64,000 nucleotides of DNA from Bdellovibrionota bacterium. Its GTDB lineage: Bacteria; Bdellovibrionota_C; UBA2361; JAAYZI01. The notes under the pieces are model-generated. The model was not told the DNA's origin. It did no database searches and saw only the letters and a program-made list of their open reading frames with translations. The DNA is taken from NCBI GenBank assembly GCA_050950765.1, contig JBMNIF010000003.1:608001-672000 (forward strand), read 5' to 3'. Position 1 is the stretch's first letter; every line of letters begins with the position of its first letter. Of the stretch, positions 1-9,963 are shown piece after piece. Made by a program: the position numbers and the translations under genes.

Positions 1-1499
1 GCCAAGACCTCATCAAAGCTGCTTGACCATGAATCCACTCTCCAAGCAGGTTGTTTACCAGTTCTTATCAAGGTAAACATCGGTCTAACTTGGATAACAC
101 CTTCAACGAAATGCCCGACTTCTATAATTTCACCGACACGAGGCTTACCTGAACCTTTTTCACGGAAAAGCCAAACCACCAAATCAACTGCTAGCGCGAT
201 CTGTTGTCTAATAATATCGATAGAAACTGATTGCTGCGCACGACCTAAAAGTCCTTCAAGTCGTACTAAGGTTTCACGCGCATTACGCGCATGAATCGTT
301 GACATACCAACGTGTCCAGTCTGTGCAGATTCCAAGAAAGCCTCTGCTGATGGTGGAGTACGCATCTCTCCTAATAAAACTCTGGTAGGAGTCATACGCA
401 AAGTAGTTTTAATATGCTCCTGCAAAGTTACTTCACCGATACCTTCAAGGTTTGCAGTTCTTGAAACTAGAGAACGGAAAAAGGGGTGTTGTAAATTTAA
501 CTCGGGTGTATCTTCAACAGCCACGATAGATTCATCTGGACCAAACTGAGTTGCTAATGCACGCATTAACGTTGTTTTTCCTGTTCCTGTTTCTCCTGAA
601 AGCATTATCGTCGCCAACCCGCTCCTTGTAATACTACCGAGATAATCAACGATTAAGGCAGGAGCAGTTTGATAACTTACCACACCTTCAAGTGTAGCAG
701 TTACAACACGTGGAATACGAATAGATAAGAGTGGACCTCTCTGCCCGCAAACAGATTCATGTACGGCACAGATACGGATACCGTTAGAGTATGAACAGTC
801 AATGGTGTGTTGTTGTGTTGAAAGTGACTTACCAACTCGCATCAAAAGCCGATCAATAAAGGCTGTATAAGCCTGATTATTCGGCCAATGAATACCCGTC
901 AACTCACTGACTTTTCCACGTTGCAAAACAACAGTCTGATAGTCATAAACATGAATATCAGTTACATCACGGTTATCTATTAAAGGTTGTAAAACACCCC
1001 ATCCTAAGAGGTCTTTTTGTAGGTGGATAATTATATTAGCACGCTCAATATCATCCAGCGTCTCTTCACGTCTCTTTAAGACTTTGTCGACAGCCTTGAC
1101 AATAGTTTCCTCTTTGATGATTTTATGCTCACCATCTTGACGCATCTGAGCATCACTACCGAGCTCTCGTCTAGCCTCCCTAAGGATCGTACTTCCTAAA
1201 GCAGATAATCCACCCGTACGCGCAGGTTTTTCTTGCCCCGCTGAAGCAGGGTTTTGCGGAGATGTTGGAGATCCAAAGATCGATGTAGCTGCGGTTCCTC
1301 CCGCAGGTGAAGCTAAAGTACCTTCTTGTCGTTGAGAAACCATTCCTGATGTCTTCGGTCTAGTAGATTGCAAACTTCCTTGTGACCTTACAGGCAACAT
1401 GGAATCTTTTGAGGACTCTGTACCTCCACTTGTTGTAGTGCCTGGACCCCTCGTCGAAAACAATCCTAAAAGTGCATCACGATCGTTATTCTTTGCCAT
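1..1499 (-). CDS. cpaF: Tad/Flp pilus assembly ATPase CpaF/TadA (3' end runs off the window)
   Basis: Not in the ORF track; translated by hand from ATG at 1499 (MAKNNDRDALLGLF...). Contains GWGVLQPLIDNRDVTDIHV, Walker A SGETGTGKTT, VAVEDTPEL, LRMTPTRVLLGEMR and TGHVGMSTIHA, all typical of CpaF/VirB11 ATPases. Lies next to cpaB/cpaE. Confidence 0.92.
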   Translation of the reverse strand, partial: MAKNNDRDALLGLFSTRGPGTTTSGGTESSKDSMLPVRSQGSLQSTRPKTSGMVSQRQEGTLASPAGGTAATSIFGSPTSPQNPASAGQEKPARTGGLSALGSTILREARRELGSDAQMRQDGEHKIIKEETIVKAVDKVLKRREETLDDIERANIIIHLQKDLLGWGVLQPLIDNRDVTDIHVYDYQTVVLQRGKVSELTGIHWPNNQAYTAFIDRLLMRVGKSLSTQQHTIDCSYSNGIRICAVHESVCGQRGPLLSIRIPRVVTATLEGVVSYQTAPALIVDYLGSITRSGLATIMLSGETGTGKTTLMRALATQFGPDESIVAVEDTPELNLQHPFFRSLVSRTANLEGIGEVTLQEHIKTTLRMTPTRVLLGEMRTPPSAEAFLESAQTGHVGMSTIHARNARETLVRLEGLLGRAQQSVSIDIIRQQIALAVDLVVWLFREKGSGKPRVGEIIEVGHFVEGVIQVRPMFTLIRTGKQPAWRVDSWSSSFDEVL

Positions 1500-1561
1500 A
1501 TCAACAACCTATAAATAACAAACCTTTTGTTAAAACAAACATTCCTTTAATATATCAAAAG

Positions 1562-2440
1562 CTATTCTCCTAAAGGCATCATCCTACCATCCATGCCAAC
1601 GATCCACTTTTGATTATCTATAATAACAAACCCAGCAGAATTCGGTGGTCGTTGAGCCGGTCTCTTAGATCCTCCGCCCAGATCTCCGGTTGAGATGCCG
1701 GAACTAACTTTACTCGTCTTAGGATCTGAATCACCTCTCAAAGATAAACTCAATGTACCTTGACAGGTTTCAGCAAGAAGTATCTTTTGAGCATCACTAG
1801 CAGAGACAAGTAAGGTAATTGTACTCGGCACAGGTGCGTTTGGAGTTGCATTAGTAGAGATCTGTCTCTCTGCAGAAAGAACTTTGGCGTTCTGTACAAT
1901 TGTCTTCAAAGTAGACTGATTATTTATCATCAGAATCCAGTGCACATCGACCTTTGAACCAGGTTTGGCCCAACCTTCAACACTAGAAGTTGCATTCACT
2001 CTAATAGTCACCGCTCTAAATCCTGGTGGAATCTTTACTGAAACTGAACTAGTCGGACGTATGTTCGTTATATGATCCTCAAGTAGTGGAGAACCTGCAA
2101 TCAGAACCGTTCTTGAAAACATATTTGTGATCGCTTTGAAATCTTTAACAGTCCTTTCATCAACACTCATCGCCAACCTTGATTGCTGATCAAACATTGA
2201 TGGTTGCAACTGAATTCCCGCTGCAATCTCTTTAAGAGGCACAAGAACCTTAACCATCTCCTGTTGTACATACTCAGGCTTGGCAGTAGGAGCCGAAGCA
2301 ACACTTTCTGTTTGCTTGTCACCAGCACCTTTTAAATAGATAATACCGATAATCGCCACAGAAATTAGCAGAAGTAAAACTACCAATATAAGCGTTTTAT
2401 CTTGTCCGCCGGATCTTCCACCGAAAGAATGCCTTGCCAT
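1562..2440 (-). CDS. cpaB: Flp pilus assembly protein CpaB/RcpC (copy 2)
   Basis: N-terminal TM, SAF-like segment, IPPGFRAVTIRV...VEGWAKPGSKVDV, KTIVQNAKVLS, LSLSLRG. Confidence 0.9.
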   Translation of the reverse strand: MARHSFGGRSGGQDKTLILVVLLLLISVAIIGIIYLKGAGDKQTESVASAPTAKPEYVQQEMVKVLVPLKEIAAGIQLQPSMFDQQSRLAMSVDERTVKDFKAITNMFSRTVLIAGSPLLEDHITNIRPTSSVSVKIPPGFRAVTIRVNATSSVEGWAKPGSKVDVHWILMINNQSTLKTIVQNAKVLSAERQISTNATPNAPVPSTITLLVSASDAQKILLAETCQGTLSLSLRGDSDPKTSKVSSGISTGDLGGGSKRPAQRPPNSAGFVIIDNQKWIVGMDGRMMPLGE

Positions 2441-3521
2441 ATCTTATTCACTCCAAAAAAACGCCATCTGATAAAAAATAAAAACAACTAAAAAACATTC
2501 GCAAATTGCTTTCGACAAAACTTCTTATCTATTTTAAAGATCTATGTTTAAGCCACATTAGATCAGCAATTTAAAGATTGTTCTTGTCCTCTCTCCTTAA
2601 AAAACTTTAAGCACTACTATTCTGCCGGTGACAACCTACCATCAGCCCCAACAATAAACACCACTCCATCAACTATAACGGTTCCGATAGTACTAGGCGC
2701 TTGCTGAGATGTGTTAGAGCCACCACCTATTACATCTGTAATCGAGATATCAGAGCCACCACCATCTGCCTTTCCTGGATCGGTATCACCCCGTAGAGAC
2801 ATACTTAAGATGCCGTGACTGTTTTCAGCTAGTAACACCTTTTCAGCATCACTTTGGGAAACAAGTAATGTAATTGTGCTTGGCACAGGCGCACCTGGGG
2901 CAGCATTACTTGAAACCTGTCTCTCTGCCGAAAGAACCATAACGTTCTGCACGATCGTTTTTAAAGTGCACCTATTATTTTGAGTTGAAGTCCAATATAC
3001 ATCAACTTTTGAACCTGGTTTAGCCCAACCTTCAACACTAGAAGTTGCATTTACCTTGATTGCAACAGCTCTGTATCCTGGTGGAATCTCCGGAGAAACT
3101 AAATTTGACGGTTTTTGGCTTGTTATGTGATCCTCAAGTAAAGGAGAACCAGCTATCAGAACAGCTCTTGAATACATATTCATAATAGCTTCAAAATCTC
3201 TAACCGTTCTCTCATCAACACTCATCGCCAACCTTGATTGCTGCTCAAACATTGATGGCTGCAACTGAGTACCAACAGGAATCTCTTTAAGAGGAACAAG
3301 CACTTTCACCATTTCTCGCGTTGGCTCAACCCTTGCGGTAGGAGTCGGTGCATTAACACTGTTCGTCTTACTACCGCTACTTGCTAAATAAATAATACCG
3401 ATAATCGCTACGCAAATGAAGAGAAGCAAAACTACAACTATAAGCGTTTTATCTTGTCCGCCGGATCTTCCACCGAAAGAATGCCTTGCCATATCTTATT
3501 CACTCCAAAAAAACGCCATCT
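2387..3521. repeat. 83-bp perfect direct repeat (2387-2469 and 3439-3521) covering the 5' UTR and first 18 codons of both cpaB copies
   Basis: TATAAGCGTTTTATCTTGTCC...CTCCAAAAAAACGCCATCT present twice, offset 1052 bp. Confidence 0.9.
2617..3492 (-). CDS. cpaB: Flp pilus assembly protein CpaB/RcpC (copy 1)
   Basis: IPPGYRAVAIKV...VEGWAKPGSKVDV, LSMSLRG; paralog of 1562..2440. Confidence 0.9.
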   Translation of the reverse strand: MARHSFGGRSGGQDKTLIVVVLLLFICVAIIGIIYLASSGSKTNSVNAPTPTARVEPTREMVKVLVPLKEIPVGTQLQPSMFEQQSRLAMSVDERTVRDFEAIMNMYSRAVLIAGSPLLEDHITSQKPSNLVSPEIPPGYRAVAIKVNATSSVEGWAKPGSKVDVYWTSTQNNRCTLKTIVQNVMVLSAERQVSSNAAPGAPVPSTITLLVSQSDAEKVLLAENSHGILSMSLRGDTDPGKADGGGSDISITDVIGGGSNTSQQAPSTIGTVIVDGVVFIVGADGRLSPAE

Positions 3522-3567
3522 AATAAAAAACATCCAAAACTACATTTAAAAAAATAAGTGCCGCTAC

Positions 3568-4818
3568 TTAAACCTCCGCTTCTTTCCGTCCAAACATCCG
3601 TTTAAACCAACTGCCCCCACCATCACCTCCTACGGATTGATAATCCTGCGCACCAGTGTCATCTATCAGGTTCAACTCGCGTGCTATCGTTTCTAAAGTA
3701 CTTCTAGTCAGCTTCTGTCCCATACTATACAAAGTTCGACCACTTCCCGGCCACAAAGCCGCTCTCGGATCATTTGGAATAGGAGGAAGTCTCCAAGCTT
3801 CATCACCGAGATGGTGTGCTGGTTCTAACTCTTTCGCTATTTCAGATACCCCCAATAACGCCCCCGAATACGGATTTACTACGAACACTATTCCATCCGT
3901 ACCACCAACTAATGTTTTGACAAAGCTTAAGTAGAGATCAACAGCCGTTAGCCCAAGGATAGTATCATCCATCACGACTAAGACTACATCAGCAGCTCTT
4001 AAAATTGCACCCGTTGCAGGACCCATTCGTCCAGCAGTATCGACAATGATTACATCGAAAAGAACTCTTGATAATTCGGCAACACGTTGTACGATCGTCA
4101 TGCCATCTGTATGACACATCAGATCCATTGATTCTGCCATTCGATCTGGCGGCATCAGCACTGAAACATCACTACTAATAGGAATTAATGCATCGTTTAA
4201 AGATTGTCTCGAGATATCACGACTACCATTAACCCATGCACTAACAACTTTAGCCTCAGTACCATTCACCGTTAAAGAACGGCTTAAATCTCTGGTCTCA
4301 ACATCCAAATCCCACAACATGGTACGGCGATGAAATACACTACAAACTTCCGCTAAAGCAGCAGCGATAGAAGTTGCTCCAACACCACCCTTAGCGTGCG
4401 TTACGGCTATTAAACGACCTTCCTTCGTTCTGCCTTCTCTACGAAACTCCGCATGAATAGCTACTAACTCTTGAAGGAAATCAAGAGGGCTAGCACTATC
4501 GGGAAAAACTTTTCTTACACCACAAGCGTGTGCAGAACGGAAGGCACCGCCGCCATATACATCATCACGAACAAACATAATAATATGCAGCCACGGCACC
4601 TGTGACATCGCCTGTCTAGCGATAGAAGTTGATCTATCTCCTATCCCTGAACCGATTACAAGAACATCAGCCTCTTCCAACTTATCTGCGTAATCCTGTT
4701 CAGAAACGAGATGCACCTGCAAATCTAACATTTCAAGATCGCTCTGATTAAAGGATTCTATACGCTTGGCACAATAAGCCTGCGCTTCAGTTGTTTGATC
4801 TAAAATTAGCAGTTTCAT
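3568..4818 (-). CDS. cpaE: CpaE/TadZ: pseudo-receiver domain plus MinD/ParA-like ATPase
   Basis: Deviant Walker A AKGGVGATS, LWDLD, DVIIVDT; N-terminal receiver-like region; C-terminal amphipathic WFKRMF; Tad context. Confidence 0.82.
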   Translation of the reverse strand: MKLLILDQTTEAQAYCAKRIESFNQSDLEMLDLQVHLVSEQDYADKLEEADVLVIGSGIGDRSTSIARQAMSQVPWLHIIMFVRDDVYGGGAFRSAHACGVRKVFPDSASPLDFLQELVAIHAEFRREGRTKEGRLIAVTHAKGGVGATSIAAALAEVCSVFHRRTMLWDLDVETRDLSRSLTVNGTEAKVVSAWVNGSRDISRQSLNDALIPISSDVSVLMPPDRMAESMDLMCHTDGMTIVQRVAELSRVLFDVIIVDTAGRMGPATGAILRAADVVLVVMDDTILGLTAVDLYLSFVKTLVGGTDGIVFVVNPYSGALLGVSEIAKELEPAHHLGDEAWRLPPIPNDPRAALWPGSGRTLYSMGQKLTRSTLETIARELNLIDDTGAQDYQSVGGDGGGSWFKRMFGRKEAEV

Positions 4819-4953
4819 CCCTCAAAACCCCAAAAAAAACAAAATGAAAGAAGCTTTCATATATCTGCGTCGACACATCTTCAAAAAACGTTGAGCATTT
4901 ATCACTTAAACACTTAAATAATTGCTCCTTTACCCCCCGTTATTTAAAAATCT

Positions 4954-6522
4954 CTACGAAATTTCCACACTCTTTTCCGTTTCCATTCTCTCCATGTCCC
5001 CCTGATATCTACCAAGAATTATCCATAAACAGAACGCCAACGCCCCAATACTTATCACCACTCCCAAAACAACCAACATTATTTTCAACCAAAGTGAATT
5101 GCTGTTATTAGCCAAAGCACGGTGTCTTTCTGCAAAGCGAGAGAGGTCACCACTACTATGCCGTCGTTCAGTATCCTCAAAGAATATGGAACTCTTAATA
5201 ATTTCAGGTTCATCAGAAAAAGACGAGAAATCTTGTAACTGCTTCTCATCCTTCCAATTAGCAACATTCAACACACTCGAAGTCACTGTGTCGTTATTTA
5301 AGTAATATTGAGAAGCGATCTCCACCACCTCTTGTGTCGCTACAACATCCTCCTCCTGCCTTAAGATCGGATCAGTTTTAAACTCAACATTAGCTTGAGT
5401 TTCATATCCTGCGATATCGCTAACATTACAACTGCTACACATCTCCGGAAATGGGTTCTCCAGCATGGATGAAGCATTTTCTCTTGAATCCAACCAATCA
5501 CCATACAAGCCATCTTGCTCATGTCTAACAGGAACTACTATTGTTTCTTCAAGTTTATCATCAAGATCTTCACCATACTCATCAAATCCCACAAATGGCG
5601 CGTCTTTCTCAACCACTTTTTTTGTAGGAAGCACTGAAAGGTCCGGTTTTTTTTCATCGGGTTGAGTATCATTAACGGTGTAGGAGATCTCAATATTATG
5701 AAAAGCTTCATACATCTCTCGAGCTGATTGAAAACGTTTTTCGGGATCCCGCGCCATAGCGCGTAAAATAATCTTCTCCAACTCTGGAGGACAATCAGAA
5801 CGATATTTTGAGATAGGATCAGGATCTGACTTTAACCGTTTTGTCATCGTTGCATAAACGCTGTCACCCCTAAAAGGAGCTTGTCCTGCTATCATCTCAT
5901 AACCGAGAATGCCGATAGCATAGATATCAGAACGCCAATCCACTTGAGAATTTAACATATATTCAGGGCTGACATAATCAATTGTACCTACAACACCACC
6001 GTGCTCGGTAAGTTTCGGACCGTGCCCTAATCTGGCGATTCCAAAATCAGCTATTTTAACACAGCCATCTTTGGTGAGCATAATGTTTTCTGGTTTTAAA
6101 TCTCTATGGATAATTTTTGCGTCATGAATCGCCTGCACCCCCAAGCACATCTGGCTTAAAATACTAAGTACTTCATGAATAGACATCTTATCTTGTTTTG
6201 CTAAACGGCTTGCTAAGTCTCCTCCCCCGACATACTCCATGGTATAGGCTACGATATCGCCATCACGTATAAATTCATACGCTCTAACAACATTAGGATG
6301 CGATACATCATAAGCTGCAAAGACTTCATTACGGAAACGTTGCGCTGCAACTTTATCTTGCGCAACTTCTGGGAAAAGAACTTTTGCCGCTATAATTCTT
6401 CCAGCTAACTCACGATCTCGACAAGCATAGACCAACCCCATGCTGCCTGCTCCAAGGCACTTTATCACCTCATAGCGACCAGCAATTAAAGTTCCTGATT
6501 GTAAAAATCGTTCCTCTGCCAT
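4954..6522 (-). CDS. Hanks-type Ser/Thr protein kinase with C-terminal TM segment
   Basis: LGAGSMGLVY, AAKVL, HRDLKPEN, DFG, GTIDYVSPE, SDIYAIG; acidic linker; TM LWLKIMLVVLGVVISIGALAFCLWII. Confidence 0.95.
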   Translation of the reverse strand: MAEERFLQSGTLIAGRYEVIKCLGAGSMGLVYACRDRELAGRIIAAKVLFPEVAQDKVAAQRFRNEVFAAYDVSHPNVVRAYEFIRDGDIVAYTMEYVGGGDLASRLAKQDKMSIHEVLSILSQMCLGVQAIHDAKIIHRDLKPENIMLTKDGCVKIADFGIARLGHGPKLTEHGGVVGTIDYVSPEYMLNSQVDWRSDIYAIGILGYEMIAGQAPFRGDSVYATMTKRLKSDPDPISKYRSDCPPELEKIILRAMARDPEKRFQSAREMYEAFHNIEISYTVNDTQPDEKKPDLSVLPTKKVVEKDAPFVGFDEYGEDLDDKLEETIVVPVRHEQDGLYGDWLDSRENASSMLENPFPEMCSSCNVSDIAGYETQANVEFKTDPILRQEEDVVATQEVVEIASQYYLNNDTVTSSVLNVANWKDEKQLQDFSSFSDEPEIIKSSIFFEDTERRHSSGDLSRFAERHRALANNSNSLWLKIMLVVLGVVISIGALAFCLWIILGRYQGDMERMETEKSVEIS

Positions 6523-6533
6523 TCAATCAATAA

Positions 6534-7586
6534 TTATTCAGTTAATAAGCAAACAGTAAATTTTCTCTCTCCAAAAGCAACTTTATCTCCATGTTTTAAG
6601 ACCCCTTTTTCTCCAATAAGCTCCTCTTTTTCTCCGCTATCTGCATGCCAAATTTTAGTTGCGCATTCAGATAGTTGATCAAGAACTTGGATCGGAGTCC
6701 CTTTAGTTACTCGTAAAATAGCGTGCATCGGAGAAACAGTTTGATCGTTTAAGTAAAGATAATTTTTATGCCCTGCTACTTCGGAAGTAACGATCAAACG
6801 TCCAACTCTTAATTCAAAAACTTCTCCATTCGGATCGTGATCATAGGAGACAAGAATTCCGACCAGCGGCGTTTTCTCTTCGGAAACTAAAAGATCTTTT
6901 TCAGGTGTTTCAATATGCCGTCCCGTCTGAACCTGTCGCACAGGAGCGTGTTGTGGTGCGGGTGTTGGAGAGGTTGTTCTTTCCGGTAATTTTTCAAACG
7001 GTTGTAGTCTCTGATAAGCCGGAGGTACTTCATCATAAGGGTGCAACGGTGGTCTCGCCTGTGGAGCATTTCCAAACGGCGCAACCTCACCTCTTCCTTG
7101 TTGATCAAACGGATGATGCAACGGTTTATTCTGCATACCGTAATCTTGAATAGGATCCGGAGTTCTACCTCTTGTAAAATTTGGTTGCGGCGTAACAACG
7201 GATGTCATCATTACACTACCGTCATTTAATGGTGGTCGCGGTGCCGTTTGTGCAACATTAAAGGAGCGATCTTGTGGAGATTCTAACGGCGTAATGGGGA
7301 TTTCATTAGGAACTCTCCCTAAATCAACTTCATTCCCATCAAGTGCAGATTGAAAAGGCGGACGTGAATTCCCAACGGGCTGCCCTGTATTTGGATCTCC
7401 AAGTTTTTGTGTAGATGTAATTTTTGAAGCTTCCAACTTATCACGTGAAATACGTGCACGCATCTCTCCCGTAATCTCTGGGGTTAACATTACTGTTCGA
7501 TTTCTGGCACGAAAAGTACGCCCGCTCTTGCCCTTAACTCCAGCACTAGCTTTATTCTCAGAATCTCTGTTATTAAAATCATCCAT
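6534..7586 (-). CDS. Protein with a Pro/Gln-rich disordered N-terminus and a degenerate C-terminal FHA domain
   Basis: LVGILVSYD...GEVFELRVG...DQTVSPMHAIL...DQLS...LKHGDKVAFG; located between the kinase and the phosphatase. Confidence 0.75.
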   Translation of the reverse strand: MDDFNNRDSENKASAGVKGKSGRTFRARNRTVMLTPEITGEMRARISRDKLEASKITSTQKLGDPNTGQPVGNSRPPFQSALDGNEVDLGRVPNEIPITPLESPQDRSFNVAQTAPRPPLNDGSVMMTSVVTPQPNFTRGRTPDPIQDYGMQNKPLHHPFDQQGRGEVAPFGNAPQARPPLHPYDEVPPAYQRLQPFEKLPERTTSPTPAPQHAPVRQVQTGRHIETPEKDLLVSEEKTPLVGILVSYDHDPNGEVFELRVGRLIVTSEVAGHKNYLYLNDQTVSPMHAILRVTKGTPIQVLDQLSECATKIWHADSGEKEELIGEKGVLKHGDKVAFGERKFTVCLLTE

Positions 7587-7608
7587 CTGAACAACCCCAA
7601 TTATTAAA

Positions 7609-8592
7609 TTAACGACTTACAAAAAATATCACTGCTATCACTACGATCATTGCAGCAAAAACAGATAGCAAAAAAGCTCCGAGAAGTGTTTTACCCCAAC
7701 CGCCCTTACTATTTTTATTTTTTACCGTCTTCTGTCTACGCATCCTGATAGCTGCCATCTCATCATATCCGGCAGGAGGCTCTTGCCTAACCTGTCCACC
7801 AACAGGAATAATTGCTACGGTAATATTATCAAAGCCACCCCGTTCTTTTGCTAAATCCACCAATTTGACGCAGGCGTGTTGCGGAGTTTCGTTATTAACG
7901 ATCTCTGCTAATTCATCATCTGTAACTTCACTGTAAAGCCCGTCACTACACAGCACTACGATATCATTAGGAGCTCCCTCTACTGTTTCCCAGAGCCAAT
8001 ATTTTTGAACATCAACTTTTAAGCCAGGCTCTGCACCGATACATCTAGTTAAAATATGTGCATCAGGGTGTGAGAGAGCATCTTCTTGCATAATTTTACC
8101 TTCATCGACCAACTGCTGCACATAAGTGTGATCTTTTGTCAGAAGCTCTATCTCACCATCTCTAATAAGATACGCTCTAGAATCACCAACCCAACCGATC
8201 GCCAATTCAATTCCGCTGAAAGTTACAGCAACCGCCGTGGTGCCCATCTGCGAAAAAGCTTGATTCTGCCGCCGCAGCACGATGACCCTGTTCGCCTCCA
8301 TAAACGCACTTCTTGTAGCTGTGACTAAAGGTCGTGCCGAAAAGCCCTCCAGATCACGTTTAATAGCGTCCACTGCCAACTGTGCAGCCAACTCTCCTCC
8401 TGCCACTCCACCCATGCCGTCGCAGACCAACCACATCAAACCGGATGGTGATTCAATCACAGCATAACGATCTTCGTTTAGATCCCTCTCACAACCCGTA
8501 TCCGTGATTGCAGCAGGGATATTTTTATCTGCAGCATTAGCACCTTCCACAGAAGATCTATCACCAATACCTTCATTCGATTTTGTCAGCAT
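7609..8592 (-). CDS. PP2C/PPM (Stp1/PrpC-type) Ser/Thr phosphatase with C-terminal TM
   Basis: TDTGCERDLNED, VCDGMGG, MGTT, VGDSRAY, LCSDGL, GGFDNIT. Confidence 0.95.
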   Translation of the reverse strand: MLTKSNEGIGDRSSVEGANAADKNIPAAITDTGCERDLNEDRYAVIESPSGLMWLVCDGMGGVAGGELAAQLAVDAIKRDLEGFSARPLVTATRSAFMEANRVIVLRRQNQAFSQMGTTAVAVTFSGIELAIGWVGDSRAYLIRDGEIELLTKDHTYVQQLVDEGKIMQEDALSHPDAHILTRCIGAEPGLKVDVQKYWLWETVEGAPNDIVVLCSDGLYSEVTDDELAEIVNNETPQHACVKLVDLAKERGGFDNITVAIIPVGGQVRQEPPAGYDEMAAIRMRRQKTVKNKNSKGGWGKTLLGAFLLSVFAAMIVVIAVIFFVSR

Positions 8593-9031
8593 GAGAAGCC
8601 CTCAAAATTTACCATTTTTACACATCCGCTATACTGCATTTAACCACTTTACTTTTTTCAACACTTCGACCTTGCACTCCAAGCAAATGCAAAATATCCC
8701 CGACCTTACAGATGCTTAGATTCATAATCCCTCACGAAAATAAGTATGCGCGGTTATTCTTTAACTACGTATTTGATTACCTAAGTTGCTATAAAGATCC
8801 TTTTTTATTAAGACCCTTAAAAAACACTCTCCCCGCCTTGCTTGACATCGTCTATTTTCATGAATAACTAAAGATCGCCCGTCAGGATAAAGAAATAACG
8901 AGCAATATATAACCACGTTCTATTTTAATAAGTGAAGTACGTCTCTCTCACTTCTCTCTTTTAGCAATAAACATCTCTCTTATTATCTCTTATTACTATT
9001 CCACAAAAAGAAAAAGATGGTGCCCTCTTCT

Positions 9032-9048
9032 TTGGCATACCTCTTGCT
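9032..9048 (+). promoter_or_regulatory. Sigma-54 (-24/-12) promoter
   Basis: TTGGCATACCTCTTGCT matches YTGGCACGNNNNTTGCW with exact GG-N10-GC spacing, about 50 bp upstream of ORF 9095. Confidence 0.6.
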
Positions 9049-9094
9049 CTTACAACTCTGTACGTATTGATAGACAAAGAAATGTCGATGGAGA

Positions 9095-9958
9095 TTGCCT
9101 AGGATGGTAAGTATACGAAACACAGAAAATATTGAAAGATCTAGCACTATTAGGAGCTACTCCAATACTGCCTCAAGTAGTACGAGCGGTTCTGATTTCA
9201 GTGCTCAACTGGAGCAATTATTGACCAATAGCGGTAAGGACTATTTTACCGAAAAGGAAATTTTTTCCGCTATTGCAGAACGGGAGATCTCTTCTAATCC
9301 TGAAGCCCTAGAAGTTTTTCGGAATGCCTACAACGAATCGTTGCAAAGTTACGGTGCCGACAAGAAGAGAGCCGTTCTTTACGCCACTAATAGAGCGATA
9401 AAAGCAACCCGCGTGGCGGGATATCTATCTCGTCAGGAAGCACATCAACTCCGTGCTCGTGCCCTTGGAGCTGCGCAGATGGATAACAACCCCTACCGAC
9501 TGGGAACAGCTAGTCTTTCTGAAGGGGATCAAAAATATGCACTAAAAGATATCTTATCATCTGCCACTCAAAAGATGAATAATTATAATGACGGTACGGA
9601 AGTCGCCATTCTTCGTCGAGACTGCCGCAGAATCTTAAAAGAGTTAAAATACGGCTCTGCCAACGTAGCAGATTCAACAGACGGTAAGATTAGAACTACT
9701 TATACTTCTGAAATAGATACCTCTAAAAACAACTGTGAAACTAAAGAGGTATTAACAGATAAAGACGACTCAGATCTTGTTTCTTTATCTTCTCTCTATT
9801 TATCAGCAGGATACTTCTCAAACTACTCCGATCTGTTAACAGCTGCCCTTTTAGGAGACGATAAAGTTTCAGATGAAGAAACTTCTAAAGAATCTCACAC
9901 AAAAAAAGAAAGTGAAGATCTCTCGGATAATGCTTTGAAAGATACAGACACGCCTTAA
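9095..9958 (+). CDS. Hypothetical protein (Ser-rich N-terminus, acidic C-terminus); start may be ATG 9104
   Basis: 287-aa ORF filling the gap, GGAG upstream; no family recognised. Confidence 0.75.
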   Translation: MPRMVSIRNTENIERSSTIRSYSNTASSSTSGSDFSAQLEQLLTNSGKDYFTEKEIFSAIAEREISSNPEALEVFRNAYNESLQSYGADKKRAVLYATNRAIKATRVAGYLSRQEAHQLRARALGAAQMDNNPYRLGTASLSEGDQKYALKDILSSATQKMNNYNDGTEVAILRRDCRRILKELKYGSANVADSTDGKIRTTYTSEIDTSKNNCETKEVLTDKDDSDLVSLSSLYLSAGYFSNYSDLLTAALLGDDKVSDEETSKESHTKKESEDLSDNALKDTDTP

Positions 9959-9963
9959 GAAGA

